A stretch of 64,000 nt of DNA from Octopus vulgaris. Lineage: Eukaryota. Below, one piece after another: positions 14,178-28,735 of the stretch (position 1 is the first letter of the stretch; every line of letters starts with the position of its first letter). The position numbers and the translations under genes are program-made. The DNA lies in NCBI GenBank assembly GCA_951406725.2, contig OX597825.1, positions 23,870,001-23,934,000 of the forward strand. Reading direction: 5' to 3'. The notes under the pieces were generated by a model. The model had not been told where the DNA came from. It saw only the letters and a program-made list of their open reading frames with translations, and searched no databases.

Positions 14178-14283
14178 TTGCCCGGACTTGTGTCTGGGAG
14201 GGTAACTTTCTAGATGCAATCCCATGGTCAGTCATGACCGAATGGGATCTCATCAATATGTATGTATGTATATATATATATAT

Positions 14284-14440
14284 AGGGAGAGTTTAAGAAA
14301 AAACAAAAGACGAAGACAGGTGGTGTACAAAACAAACAGATGTATTAGTATAACGCTCAGGAATAGAAAAAGTATTTTACGTTTCGAGCCTACGCTCTTC
14401 TACAGAAAGGAACACAGAAAAAACAAGGAGAGAAAGAAAA
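14284..14440 (-). mobile_element. Penelope-like terminal-repeat fragment with degenerate hammerhead-like core
   Basis: Minus strand ctgtaga-a-gagc-gtag-gctc-gaaacgta; homologous to 16460-16660 and 17680-17885. Confidence 0.55.
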
Positions 14441-14536
14441 TATATGTATATATATGTATGTGTGCGTGTGTGTGTGTGTGTATATATAAATATATATTTA
14501 TGCGCAGATGTTGGAAGACGCGCATGTATATATGTA

Positions 14537-14743
14537 CAAGAGGGTTCTGAAAAGTTCTTCGTTTTGAAAACACAGGAGGATCAGTTTATTATAATTTTAT
14601 TAAACATTTCCCCTTTCAGATACACACACTGATTGCAAAGATCCTTCTGTTTTTCTAAGCCCTGTAAAAGGACTCTGAAGTTTGGCCCTCCAACCAGGGC
14701 CTTCGCGGTACTCGTAAAGCCAGGAACCTTTCAAGACCCCTTG
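14537..14743. mobile_element. Non-autonomous mariner derivative (MITE)
   Basis: TA|caagagggttctgaaaagttc ... gaacctttcaagaccccttg|TA imperfect TIRs; minus strand keeps a mariner C-terminal-like CNQCVYLKGE. Confidence 0.65.
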
Positions 14744-14789
14744 TATGTATGTATAGCGGGGTATCTTGGAGGTCTTAACTTTGAGATTA

Positions 14790-15100
14790 AAACCGACATC
14801 CGCCGTAGAAGGGACCGATATTGCAGAGTACAAAAGCTCTCATCCTCTTATGGACTCAAAACACTCTATACAGCTTAGAGATCAATGTTCCTCTGTATTC
14901 CAGTTCGTTGCCAAACGCCCTCAGGAACCTACGCATCTTAGATGTGGATGTGTTCAAAGAAAGCTTCGATGAATTTTCTTTGAGATATCAAGTGAATTCA
15001 CAATAAGTCAGGAAACGGAATTACGAGCAGCATTGTCGAACTTCGTTATTCACTAAAACCAAGAAGAAGGATATGATAATTCTTGAATGAAATAAATTTG
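14790..15100 (+). mobile_element. CR1/L2-group LINE 3' remnant
   Basis: SLEINVPLYSSSLPNALRNLRILDVDVFKESFDEF resembles the N-SLP...FK..LD C-terminus of CR1-type ORF2. Confidence 0.5.
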
Positions 15101-15176
15101 CAATTATTTGCAATTTAGCGAATGACATTGTCCCTTCATGTCCACCCACTAGCTGAAACAATTAAGCGAAACGAAA

Positions 15177-15283
<107 letters not shown>

Positions 15284-15325
15284 GTGTGTGTGTTTGTATG
15301 TGTGTGTGTGTGTGTGTATGTATAG

Positions 15326-15937
15326 CAAAATAAGCAACAGGATATCCAGAGGTGATGCAAAACGATCTTTCAAGCGGCTACATTTAATTGAAAATTGCAA
15401 TCATTACATTAATTTAAACGCTGAGCTCTCCTCAGCTGCATAAATAAATAAATAGAATTAATTTACTCAGTCGGACACATTTGTATAATTTTACTTAAAC
15501 ACTCTAAGAGGGTGAAGACCAAACCTCATTATAGTCAGTTCCGTTATACAACTTCAAAATAATATTGACAAGTTTTAGGACTATACTCACTATGTTTCTG
15601 TCATCTCCCTCATGTCTCCTTTCCTAACATACACGGCTCTATAGTCTTAGATTTTGATATACAAAGATTTGATGAACAAGATTATAGATCAAAACCGACA
15701 AGCTAGAACCCTAACAAGTATCTTTTTCCTGATACCATAGTAGCTTCTAGGCAGAAGTGAAAATACCATGGACTTTGTCTGCCTTCTTACCCTCTTAGAG
15801 GATTTAAGCCAAATTATACAAATGTGTCCGTCTGCTTAAATTAATTCTGCATTTTAATTGATGTAATGATTGCAATTGTAATTAAATAGAGCCACTTGAA
15901 ACTTGCATCACCTGAGGATATCCTGCTGCTTATTTTG
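15326..15937. repeat. Diverged long inverted repeat pair (arms about 15326-15520 and 15785-15937)
   Basis: caaaataagcaacaggatatcc...ggacacatttgtataattt...ctctaagagggt mirrored by accctcttagag...attatacaaatgtgtcc...ggatatcctgctgcttattttg. Confidence 0.8.
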
Positions 15938-16039
15938 ATTTAATTCGACTTATTTTGAAATTGTACGGATAATACCGCACTAATTTTTGGTGCTTCAACT
16001 TAAGTACCAAATTCATCTGAATCTCAATTATTTTGTATA

Positions 16040-16400
16040 TACTCTTTTACTCTTTTACTTGTTTCAGTCATTTGACTGCGGCCATGCTGGAGCACCACCT
16101 TTTAGTACTTACTCAATCGGTCTCTTTTTGCCGAACCGCTAAGTGACGGGGACCTAAACACACCAGCATCGGTTGTCAAGCAATGCTAGGGGGACAAACA
16201 CAGACACACAAACACACACATATACATATATATACATATATACGACAGGCTTCTTTCAGTTTCCGTCTACCAAATCCACTCACAAGGCATTGGTCGGCCC
16301 GGGGCTATAGCAGAAGACACTTGCCCAAGATGCCACGCAGTGGGACTGAACCCGCAACCGTGTGGCTGGTTAGCAAGCTACTTACCACACAGCCACTCCT
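16040..16400 (-). mobile_element. SINE family B (tRNA head, CORE-like gggcaagtg segment, internal microsatellite)
   Basis: Reverse complement of 40577-41022 with an internal deletion; (agtaaaag) tail. Confidence 0.88.
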
Positions 16401-16459
16401 ATATACATATACATGCATGCATATCAATAATATATGTGGGTATATAAATATGTACGCGT

Positions 16460-16660
16460 ACAGGGGGAGAATTCACAAGAAAAAAAAACAAACGACGAAG
16501 ACAGGTGGCGTAGTAGACAACAAACAGATGTATTAGTATAACGCTCAGGATGTGAAAGAGTCTTTAACGTTTCGAGCTTACGCTCTTCCAGAGAAAGGAA
16601 CACAGAAAGAAACAAGAAGAGAAAATAAAGAATGTGTAGTGGGTAGCGATCTATCATGGC
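16460..16660 (-). mobile_element. Penelope-like terminal-repeat fragment
   Basis: Near match to 14284-14440 including gagc-gtaa-gctc-gaaacgtt. Confidence 0.55.
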
Positions 16661-16670
16661 TTTGTGTGTG

Positions 16671-17053
<383 letters not shown>

Positions 17054-17679
17054 AACACCTTCTTACTCCCTTATTTCTTACGATATACTCTATTCTGAAA
17101 TTTCTATTGTAGCAACTCAGTAATTATGTTTATAAATTTCCTGCTCTAAACTAACACCAATCGTTTACCCGTTCATTATTTCTTTCTATTTTACATGTAA
17201 CCGCTCAATGATAAACAACTTATAGCCAGTCATTGCTAGACAGCTACAACACCACCTTTTCTTTAGTCACAGTTCAAGTCATACCTTTAGATGGTAAGTC
17301 AACCTGAGCAGTTGTATATACATATATTTCATCATTAGATGAAATATATATATATACAAACATATACATGCACACATACATACAAACATAAAATGCAATA
17401 TATATATATATATATATATATTGTAGATCAGGTAGACTTAATTTGCCCCTGCTTTTCAATCTCTGTATTTAAGCTATGCAAAGTACTGCTGTAGTAGACG
17501 TACAGCGTGCACTCCTACAACACTGTTTTCTTTACGTGCTATAAAGGCAGAAGCAAATCTTCCTTCAACTCAGTCGCGCGTCTGTGTTTCGCTTATTTTT
17601 TGCGTGTGTTTTACTAAATAAAGACCACCAGCTGCCTACTCTTAGTAATTACTGACGGCACATGCCTGACGTATATATA

Positions 17680-17885
17680 TAGCTCAAATTTACAGAAAAC
17701 GAAAAACGAAAACAGGTGTAGGAACAACAAGCGGGTGTATTAATTTAATGCTTGGGAAGAATGGAAGTTTTTTACATTTCGAGCCAATACTCTTTGGCAG
17801 AAAGGATTAAGAGGAAAAATAAGGAGAGAGAGAATGAAACACACCGGAAAGGAAAAAGTGTAGGGATAATCGATTCGACATGATG
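17680..17885 (-). mobile_element. Penelope-like terminal-repeat fragment (more degenerate)
   Basis: acaggtgt...gtgtattaatttaatgcttggg...tttcgagcc...ctctttggcagaaagg homologous to 14284-14440. Confidence 0.5.
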
Positions 17886-18124
17886 AAATGGCCAGAAGGA
17901 AGAAGCTGAATGAAAGGGAGATAATGACGGTAACCCTGTCAAAAGAATTTCTTAGCGCGCACTCTATACATGTAAGAATGGTGTGTGTATGTATGAATGG
18001 AGGTGAGTGTGTGATTATATATGTATAGGCGAGCTGAAAAGTATGTGGTCCTTTGCAGGTGTGTGTGCGTGTCTATATGTATGAGATTAACGCGTGTGTA
18101 TCTATATCTATCTATCTATCTATA

Positions 18125-18175
<51 letters not shown>

Positions 18176-18214
18176 ATATATATATATATATATATATCGA
18201 TATATCTATATATC

Positions 18215-18263
<49 letters not shown>

Positions 18264-18402
18264 GTATCTATATATATATATATATATGTATGTATATCTC
18301 TATATCTCTATATCTATATGTATATATATATATATATATATATGTATATGTATATATATATATATGTATGCATGCATGTATACGCAGATAGACACGCAAG
18401 TA

Positions 18403-18443
<41 letters not shown>

Positions 18444-18469
18444 TGATTGATTGATTGAGTGATAGATAA

Positions 18470-18513
<44 letters not shown>

Positions 18514-19072
18514 AGAGAGAGAGATGGCCTACATGAACCACCTTTCTTAAGTTGTTCCCAGTATCTGCCGTTAGATGGCAGCTACTGACTGATAATGATC
18601 TCATTTTGATTTTTCTATTAACTATGCAATATCTGAACCCATTTCTGGCATTCATTTATTAAGTATAGATAACCATTTGGCATTGGCTATTTTGAAAATG
18701 ATCCAATTAATCTTTAATATTCTTTGGTCTCACTGAATGACTGTTATTCACGAATATATTTCTTAAATTTTGAATATTCTGCCATAACCTTGTGTGCTCT
18801 AGGGAAATTAGCTTCTAAATTGCTTAGAGTGTATGGAGATATATAACAGATTTTAATATTGCCAAAGGAAAGGGAAAATATCTTACCGCTGCTGCTGCTG
18901 TTGCTGTTGCTCTTACTGTTGTTTTTGTTGTTTTTGTTTTTGTTTTGTTTTTTGTTGCTGTTATTTAACGAAATTTGTTTATATGTCTTGCTGCCGATTT
19001 GTTTTGATGCGTAGTTTTTTCTTTCATCTTGTTTTCAATTATAACTTTTAGTTACTTCTCTATATGAAAAAG

Positions 19073-19380
19073 TGCCGGCGTGGCTGTGTGGTTAAGAAGC
19101 ACGCTTGACAACCTGTAGTTTCGATTTCAATGTTAGTACGCGGAAATTTGTGTGTGTACCAATATGGCCTCGGACCTACCAATGCGATGTTAGTGAATTT
19201 GGTACAAGCAAAATGTCTGAAAACCCGTCGTATATTGTTAGGCAAAAGAGACCGATAGAAGGTATACAGGACTTAGAAAATTAGTTGTGAGATCGACATT
19301 TTCGACTAAACCCTTCAAGGCGGTACTCCAGCATGGCCGCTTTCAATGGCTGAAATAAGTGAGAGGTAAAAGATAAAAGA
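19073..19380 (+). mobile_element. SINE family B, degenerate and internally deleted
   Basis: gtggctgtgtggttaagaagc head; ggcaaaagagaccgatagaa and ccagcatggccgc tail. Confidence 0.7.
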
Positions 19381-21062
19381 TTTAAATTAAAAAGTTGATA
19401 ATATAAAAATAAGCAAATTTAAGTTCCTTTGTGGTTTCAAAAGACTGTAAATGGAGAAGCAGCACTTCCTTTTCACATATGACCCATTGCAAATAATGTG
19501 AATATGTCTCTGCGAACGGAAATCCTTAATACCTCATAATCTGATAAAGATGCGTGGGACGAAAATAAAGCGAAATGACACAAACGCAACTTGGAATCGA
19601 ACTTATACCTACTCATGTAGTCGTTGCTTTTTTACCGCTGGTTCAGTCCTGATATACTATATGTTTTCAAGATGTACATAAGATAAAGTTATCCAGTCAG
19701 TCACTATGCTATATTTTGAGTGAGATTTTGCTTGTATTTCTAAAACTTCAAGCAACCATAAAGAAGTACTGCAAATTTATTTATTGATGTTTGCAAAATT
19801 AAAGCAATCTGATTTTGTAAAATTGCTAGTTTATGCAAAAATAATCATAAATTTAGGCAAAAAAAAACAACTATGGTAAGACAACACACTGCTCAATGAA
19901 TTTATATTGTGCATCAGCGCATGTGCAGATGTGTAAGTGTGTGTGTGTGTGTGTGGGGGGGGTAGTGTTCATGCGTCCGCAACTCATTCTATGTATTTGT
20001 ATATGTATCTATATGTATGTATATACATTTATATATAATATTATATGTATGTATATGTACACCTATTTGTGTATATCCACTTTTATATGTATCTATATAC
20101 AAACATACTTACATATACACATATGCATATATACATGAATATGTAGGTATATGCATCTATTTATTTATTTATCTATGTATCTACACACACACACACACAA
20201 ATATTCGGTTAACTGATCCCGTCGAGCTGAGTCCCTCTCAGAAGTTTACGAAACTTGAAGTTGCATGGGTTCGAAGCAAACTCTTTTAAATAATGTACAT
20301 AAGAGCGTCCCATATTTTCTTTTCCAGGTATATCTAGATCCACTTATTGAATCAGGCCGTACTTTTCCACTTTTTAGGAGGTTTTTGGTTGCGTTTTTTT
20401 AGCTTATCGTTGGATTATTTAGAGTTCTTCCTTTCCAATAAATGCTTGTATTGATACGCGTGGAATTAAAGTAATTGGGTTTCGTTAAACTGCGAGTGAC
20501 TGCATAAACAGCGATATCAGCAGAGGTGGAAGGGCTAAGGTGACAAACAGACCGTGCTATTTAGTGGGTTTTCTTTTTAATATTTATTGCAAAGTGTCAG
20601 AGAAGAGAGAAAAAGTAGGAGATGAAAGAACAAACGAATAGAAGAATGTAAGAATAGAGTGTTGTATTACATCAACGTAACAAGGCGATATAAACAGAAT
20701 ATGGAAATATTTAGCACGCTGAGATTCACTTCTATTCAAATTAGGAAGCATTAAATGGACTCTGCTGCGTAAAGGTAATTAGAGACTACAGGTGTTAATT
20801 AGTATCGGCATTCAATAAATATACGTATATTGCTTTCCTTTCAGCAAAGCTCACAATTACCTTGGGTAAATCGTTTTTAGTTGCGAAAGAGCGGGATTTA
20901 TTAACGGTTATGAAGTTTGATTTAATGCATCTCCCTCCCACCCCTCTCTCACTCTCTCACTCTCTCACTTTAAAAATCTATCTGTCTGTCTGACTGTCTG
21001 ACTGTAAAGATGTTCGTTCATTATTCACTCAGAATGTGCCTGTGTGTCACTAGATCTACGTC

Positions 21063-21093
<31 letters not shown>

Positions 21094-21097
<4 letters not shown>

Positions 21098-22359
21098 GTC
21101 ATCCCATAAGTTCTGTCCGAATTTTAAATAAAGAAAACAAGTGGTCAAATGTTATATTTAATTGAAATTTAATCATCAATGTACTTTCGCTGATTATCTA
21201 TGACTTCCTTCTATCTATTTACAAGCTTTATAATCCCATCAATGTAAAACTCTTTTGGTTTCAAAGCGAAGAACTCTGAAATGTCAGTTTCGACCTCCTC
21301 CTAGATTGTGAAAGTTATGTCCCCCAAATGATTCTGTAAACTAGGAAACAAATGGTAGTCTGAAAGAGCAAGGTCGGGAGAATAAGGTGGATGAGGAATT
21401 TTTTCCCAACCAAGCCCTTCGATCTTCTGTGATGTGATCTTTGCAGTGTGGGGACGCACATTGCTCTGATGAAGCGTCACTTCACTTCGATTCACTAAAG
21501 CGTGTCTTTGTTTATTCAAAGCTTGGTTCAAACGCTCTAATTGCTGATAGTAGACTTGAGCATTGATTGTTGCATTAGGTGGTAGCAATTCAATGTGAAT
21601 TGCTCCTTTGCAATCCCACCAAATAGTTCCTTTCTTGGTTGCAATTCCATACTTTTCCCCTTTTACCAAGCCACTATTTAAGACGTTTAACATTTCGATA
21701 GAAGATCCACTTTTCGTCACCAGTCACAAGTCTATCCAAAAAGGGTGAAATGAGTTTGTGAGAATGGAGAGAAGAGCAGATGTCAATACGGCATTTGCGG
21801 TTGCTTTCGGACAATTTATGAAGTACCCATTTTCTAAGTTTAGGAACCTTTCCTAATTGTTGAAGATAATGATGAACATTTGTACTGTTTGAACTAAGCT
21901 TTATGACCAATTCTTCAAATGATAATACAGGATTTTCTTCAAGTAATGCCGCAAGGAGTTTATCATCAAACTCAACTGGACGTCCTGTTCGATCTTCATC
22001 TTCAAGGCTGAAATCTCCACTTCTGAATTTTGCAAACCATCTTCTGCAAGTTATTTCTTTTAAGCATTCTTTCCCATAAACTGAGTGTATGTTTCGAGTC
22101 GCTTCGGCTGCAGAGTTTCCTTTTTTGTATTCATAAAGCATAATGTGCCTCAAATGCTCTTTGGATACTTCCATGATAGAAAGAGTTTTAATGAAAGAAA
22201 CTTAAATCTGTTATTCTGTAAAATAATATTTAATTAGTTTAAATGTACACAAATGCATAAAAATAATTTTTTATTTCATTAGATATTCTAAAATACTATT
22301 AAATTTCATTCAATTTAAAAAAAAGTTAAAAATTGAACATAACTTATGGGATGATCTGA
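21094..22359 (-). mobile_element. Full-length mariner DNA transposon
   Basis: TA|tcaggtcatcccataagttctgtccgaattttaa ... ttaaaaattgaacataacttatgggatgatctga|TA; 1266 bp, inserted in (TA)n. Confidence 0.95.
21169..22174 (-). pseudogene. Mariner DD34D transposase, disrupted
   Basis: HTH N-terminus, WVLHKL (WVPHEL-like), TGDEKW, HQSNVRPH (second D lost), YSPDLALSDYHLF; frameshift near 21680, stops near 21301 and 21211, natural stop at 21169. Confidence 0.93.
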
Positions 22360-22399
22360 TATATATACGTATACATAGATATGCATTATAAATACATAC

Positions 22400-22480
<81 letters not shown>

Positions 22481-22483
<3 letters not shown>

Positions 22484-22783
22484 AACACTCTGTCGGTTAC
22501 GACGACGAGGGTCCCAGGTGGTACGATCAACGGAACAGCTTGCTCGTGAAATTAACGTACAAGTGACTGAGCAATCCACAGACACGCGTACCTCTAATGT
22601 AGTTCTCAGGGAGATTCAGCGTGACACAAAGTGTGACAAGGCTGGCCCTTTGAAATACAGGTACAACTTATTATTGTTAGCTGAAAGGACTGGAGCAACG
22701 TGAAATAAAGTGTCTTGCTCAAGGACTCAACGCGTCGCCGGGAATAGAACTCACATTCGTGAGTCGAATGCCCTAACCACTAA

Positions 22784-22787
<4 letters not shown>
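22481..22787 (-). mobile_element. SINE with head/body type D and tail type C
   Basis: Minus strand ggcttagtggttagggc...ccttgagcaagacactttatttcacgttgctccag, then tail matching 44480-44665. Confidence 0.8.
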
Positions 22788-22860
<73 letters not shown>

Positions 22861-24177
22861 ATATGTGTGTGTGTATGTATCTCCACATTCATATATATAC
22901 CTATATACACATTCACATACTAGAACGACACATTTGGATGAAGACAAAGACGACTGGTACATGAGAGTTGTTTTATCGATTCTAGAATAAAAAGTGAGGA
23001 CCTCGGCTGATTTGAACGGAGAGCGGAAAGAGACGTTTGATATCAATTTTGGTTTTTCCCAAATGTACAAAACCACAAAGAGTCTTTCGACAACATCAAC
23101 TCCATTTTAATTGGCCATTATTACTTCATCAAGCCCTAATGATTAGACGAAATAATCACCCTTTTAATAGTCATATTTGTGACTATTAAAACGATGCAAG
23201 GCGAGGGTAAGTTCATAAAGGGACACAACTAAACCTCAAAAGGCATATTTAGATTTCTATCTCTTCTAATTCAATATCGATTTAATCTCAGATATGATCA
23301 TTTAGTTGAGAGAAGAATACCCTTACTGAAACAGAGTAATCAGTAACGCAAGGAACCACATTTAAATGTATCTATCTCTTTCGCTATTAATGCGTACTAT
23401 ATCAGCTGCATACCATATTTACCCTGTTTCATTTAGTGTAACAATGTCTACTGCCCTCTGCTCTCGTTTCTTTTTATTTTTAGACATTTTACTACCACCA
23501 GACATATTCCTCAATATTTTCACGCGCAGCACAGCAGCTCGCTAAAATCCAATCTCCGTTCACGTTATTAAGGGCATGAGACGTTTTGACACAACCGGTT
23601 CGGCGCTGCCTAATTGGCGTCACGGATTCGGAGATGACTTGCTTGACATCAGACGCTTTGGAATATCTCTGGTTCTCTCTTTCTTCTTCTCTCCTTCACT
23701 TTCCTTCCCTATCATTCACTTTGTCTCTCCCTTTCTCTATGGTTATATGCGTGAGCTTATTTCATTTTATGTATATAAGATGGAGAGTGTTTCTCTCAAA
23801 CGTGTTCAATTAGCAATTATAATACATCCCTCGCTCTTCCTTTCTCTGGCTCTTTTACTATCTATCTCTATGTGTATGTTTCTACATGCGCGTATGTATA
23901 TTCGTGTGTGTTCATCTCCAGTATCAAAATGTAGTATCGCCAAAACAGGGTGAATACTCAGTCAGTTGTGCCAACAGTCCAGCGTCTAAACAGCCGTGCC
24001 CATTTGTCTCACTCATCGTTAATACGTAGCTCAAAGGCGTTCCAGCCATAAGCAACACGTTTGTCTTTTCTCTCAAAACAACTACGACTGCATTATCCAA
24101 CGTGTTTTAAAATGTTATATTATATCTTTTATTTTATCCTTAAGGTGTGATCTGGGTGAAATTTGGCTATCATTTCT

Positions 24178-24592
24178 TATTTCTTTATTGCCCACTAGGG
24201 GCTAAGTATAGAGGGGATAAACAAGGACAGACAAAGGGATTAAGTCGATCGTATCGACCCCAGTGCGTAACTGGTACTTTATTTATCGCCCCCGAAAGGA
24301 TGAGAAGCAAAGTCGACCTCGGCTGAATTTGAACTCAGAACGTAGCGACAGACGAAATGCCTATTTCTTTACTATCCACAAGGGGCTAAACACAAAGATG
24401 ACAAACAAGGACAGACACACGGATTAAGTCGATTATATCTACCCCAGTGCATAACTAGTACTTATTTAATCGATCCCGAAAGGAGGAAAAGTAAAGTCGA
24501 CCTCGGCGGAATTTGAACTCAGAACGTAACGGCAGACGAAATACCGCTGAGCATTTCGCCCGGCGCGCTAACGTTTCTGCCAGCTCGCCGCC
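24178..24592 (-). mobile_element. SINE family A head-to-tail dimer with TSD
   Basis: Two ~183-bp units plus one head; tatcatttct duplicated at 24168-24177 and 24593-24602. Confidence 0.9.
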
Positions 24593-25244
24593 TATCATTT
24601 CTAACAGATTGAGATTCCTTTGATGCTTCAATTCTACACACAGTTAGCTATTTATTCTACAATGTGAAAGTCAAAAACGAAAATTTCAAAATGGATATCA
24701 CAAAAGTTACATTGATTATAACAAAGAACCTTCGAAGTTCATACGGCTTCTCTTTTCACAAATATACAGTGAAAATCACTGACAACTATCACAACAACAA
24801 TAAAAGCCGAAAAACAAAAAATAATGCATTATAACAAGAATAAACTTGATTGAAATAGTGTTTATTTTATTTAGTAAATGCGAATAGGTGTGGCAATAAT
24901 TAAAGACTGAATTGTCTATTCGCTTACTTGGCGAACTGTATAATCTTTTTGTTCTTTACTTGAGAAGGAAATGAGTGAAGCCTTGTGGCCAGTTGATCTA
25001 AAAAGTGAAGTGAGGTTTCGGCTCAGTGAGGTTTCGGCTCAGTGAGTGATGATCGTTGCGTAATAATGTTGGCCAGTGGAAGATCTCGAAACGGTGTGTA
25101 TTCTTTTCTTATGAAACCATAAGATTGCTACTGTCCGGTATGCAGAACTTTCAAATAACAGCTCTTGTTTCTGCAAGGTGTTTGCAAATAATCGATATCT
25201 ATATGTGTGTGTGTGGGCCTCTGTGTGTATATATAGATATCTAT

Positions 25245-25540
25245 ATGTAACGACCCTTCATCAGTTGTCGGCTGTCTATCTACTCCTTATTTCGACAATT
25301 CAACGACAATATAGGTGTTCAAAGACAGTTGCTCCTATAGATTCTAAAATAAAACTTATGATTCATGGAGGGTTAAAATTGGAAACAAAAACAGCACAGT
25401 GGAGACATACAAGGAAACAGGACGAAAACAAACATGGAGGGTCGTCAGACCAGAACGACAGGAAAATATTGAACGTTATAAGAAACATTTTTTTGAAAAG
25501 AGTAAAGATAGAAGAGAAAGGTAAAAAAATGTCCGTTATT
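25245..25540 (-). mobile_element. Dispersed repeat with CTGATGA motif (probable Penelope-like)
   Basis: Reverse complement aligns to 51390-51550 (caactgt...tatattgt...acaactgatgaagggtc). Confidence 0.45.
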
Positions 25541-25655
25541 ATATAGATATACGCATACATATATGTATGCATATCTCCGCATAATATATATGGAAGTGTG
25601 CAAGATTAAATTCATATATATATATGTGGGGTGTGTGCATATATATATATATGTG

Positions 25656-25704
<49 letters not shown>

Positions 25705-25705
25705 G

Positions 25706-25782
<77 letters not shown>

Positions 25783-26563
25783 GTGTGGACGGGAGAGTGT
25801 ATGTGTATGTCTGTGTATGACTGTGAATGCTTGCTTGTCTGAATAGTTTATAAACCAGGCAAAACAAATAAAAAAACAAATAACGAAGTAAATAAATAAC
25901 AAACGATATGAAAGAAAGGAAGCAAAGAAGGAAGACGGAAACGAAAGTGAAAGTAGAGAATCCTGTATATAATGTATTAGGTTAAAAAATACGAGCTAAA
26001 TTAGTGTCCAACTATTTTAAGCTGACAACTGTAAGATAAAAAAATAAAAATCCTTCAGTCGATATAAATGTGATATCGCTTGAGCAATTTAGTAAATAGA
26101 TTCTTAACGGCTTAAGATTTAACAAAATTATCCTACGAAATGACATTCACGCTTATTTTGTATCTTGGCTCCAACCACTTCCTCTGTGTATTTTATATTC
26201 ATAACCACGAAACTAGTAGATTGTTTTTCTTTTTCTTTTGTTGTTTGCTCTTTGTTTTTGTTTTTCATAATCACTAGAATCTTAACGTCAGGAATTATGC
26301 TGAAACATTAACGATCTAACACGTACTACGAATCATATAATACACATGCGTATGCAGTAAACGCTCTTATACACACTGATACTCACACGTACGACACGCA
26401 TATGCACACGCAGAGAAAAAAACCACACGCACGCACAAAGACATGGATATATATATGCATATAAGTGCACATACGTACACCTATATATATACGTGTATAT
26501 ATATATATATGATACATAATATATATGTACATATATATTTGTAAATATGTTCACATATATGCG

Positions 26564-26607
<44 letters not shown>

Positions 26608-26715
26608 TATATATATATATACGTATATGTATATATACACATGTATATATGTATATGTATATATATATATGTGTGTGTGTGTGTATATGCATATATATAT
26701 ATGTATACGTATATA

Positions 26716-26751
<36 letters not shown>

Positions 26752-26870
26752 TATATATTTGCATATATATATATAAATACATATATATGAATATATTTAC
26801 ATATATGCACATATACATGTGCATATATTGTGTATATGTGTATATAAATGGGTGTACATATATTTATATC

Positions 26871-26931
<61 letters not shown>

Positions 26932-27328
26932 GTATTTACGTGTGTGTTTGTATGTACGTGTGTGTATGTATGTATGTATGTACTGATGTATATGATGTTA
27001 ACTAACATACTAGCAGAATTATATGGATAGAATTAAAAACAAGAGTATTATTTAGGAATTAATACCGCGATAACAATATAAATGTGAAATAGAGAAAAGA
27101 TTAATCTTATGTCTTGGCTCTGTTTAGTTAACTCTTCACTAACACGCACAAAGAACATGCTCTCGAAGACTAATACAAGCAGAAGCACGCTATGTGTGTG
27201 CGTCTGTGTGTGTGTGTATGTGTACGTGTATATATATATATATATATATCTACATACATACATGTATATATATATATATGTGTGTGTTTATATATGTATA
27301 TATATATATACATATATATATACATATA

Positions 27329-27438
<110 letters not shown>

Positions 27439-27941
27439 TGTATATAAACGTGCATGTGTATGTATATATATCATATACACTATATGTATAAATATATACG
27501 TACAGATGTAGACATCCATTAAACAAAGAGCAATTACCTTGCCATTGTTACGAGTGTCTGTATCTTTTGATATTCTTCAACACGCCTCTTTTATTAACAC
27601 TAGGTTGCAGGAATGGCAGGTGTAGTACAATACAGTACTAAATACCTTGAGGTCTCGATCATCTTCTTTCCTTCAGCTTTAGCGAGAACTTAAATCTATG
27701 GAAAGGAGAAGGAAGAGGAGGAGGGGTAGGAGGAGGGAAAAATGGAGGAAGGGGAAGTGGGAGGAGGAGGAGGAAGAGGAGGTGGTGGTGATGGTGGTGG
27801 GGGTGGAATAGAATTTGCATTTCGTCCCTCTGGTTTTCGTAGAATAAGCACTCATCATCTTAGTCAATATAATGGTAATCTTTTTTTTTATGAATGTTAA
27901 TCTTTGCGGAAAAATGTGGTTTATTGATATTTAGAACTAGT

Positions 27942-28340
27942 ACCACCACCACCACTACCGCCACCATCATCATTACCTGCATTACCCACCAGCACCAGCA
28001 ACACCACCAGCAACACCACCAGCACCACGACTAACACGACCAACACCATCACCTGCATTACCCACCACCTTCATCACCACCACTACCACCACCACCACCA
28101 CCACCACGACTACCACCACAACTACCACCACTACCACCACCTCAACCACCACCACCTCTACCTCCACCACCACTACCACCGCCATCACCACCTCAACCAC
28201 CACCACCTCTACCACCACCACTACCACCACCATTATCACCTGCATTGCCCACCACCATACCACCACCACCAGCACCACCACCACCACCGCCAACACCACC
28301 GTCGCCACCACCACCACCGTCGCCACCACCACCACCACCG
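27942..28340. repeat. (CAC)n-rich microsatellite
   Basis: Directly visible. Confidence 0.9.
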
Positions 28341-28735
28341 TCTCTTTCTATTCATAAGCGGACGGAGAAGAACAGCTGAAAGAAGACGCTTTCTGATCGT
28401 TTTGTTTTAACTGTTGCTACTTTTGTTGTGCTGAGATCAATTCTCATCGTCTCAGCTAGTCGTGGCTGAGTGGGCGACTTTGGGAATTTTTTAAGTTTCT
28501 GAAAATGAGGACGAGGACTTTTGGTGATTCCAGTATTGTGCATTGTGCAACCTTAGAACCAGTAAACATCATTATTTGCTATGGTGCTATGTTTGCTCCT
28601 TTAAATGACTTTAAATGACTTTAGCTGCCACACTTATACCAGCTGGGTATCCTGCTTCATAAGTCGAGCTTTTAAACAGCTGCTCAGTATTCTCCAGAGG
28701 ACATCGCGCTGGTTTATTGCGTGCCTGTATACTCA

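Noticed and set aside
28430-28460. tgagatca hairpin reminiscent of a bantam-family miRNA seed
   Set aside because: The stem is only about 7-8 bp and the rest does not match a mature miRNA or a ~60-nt precursor.
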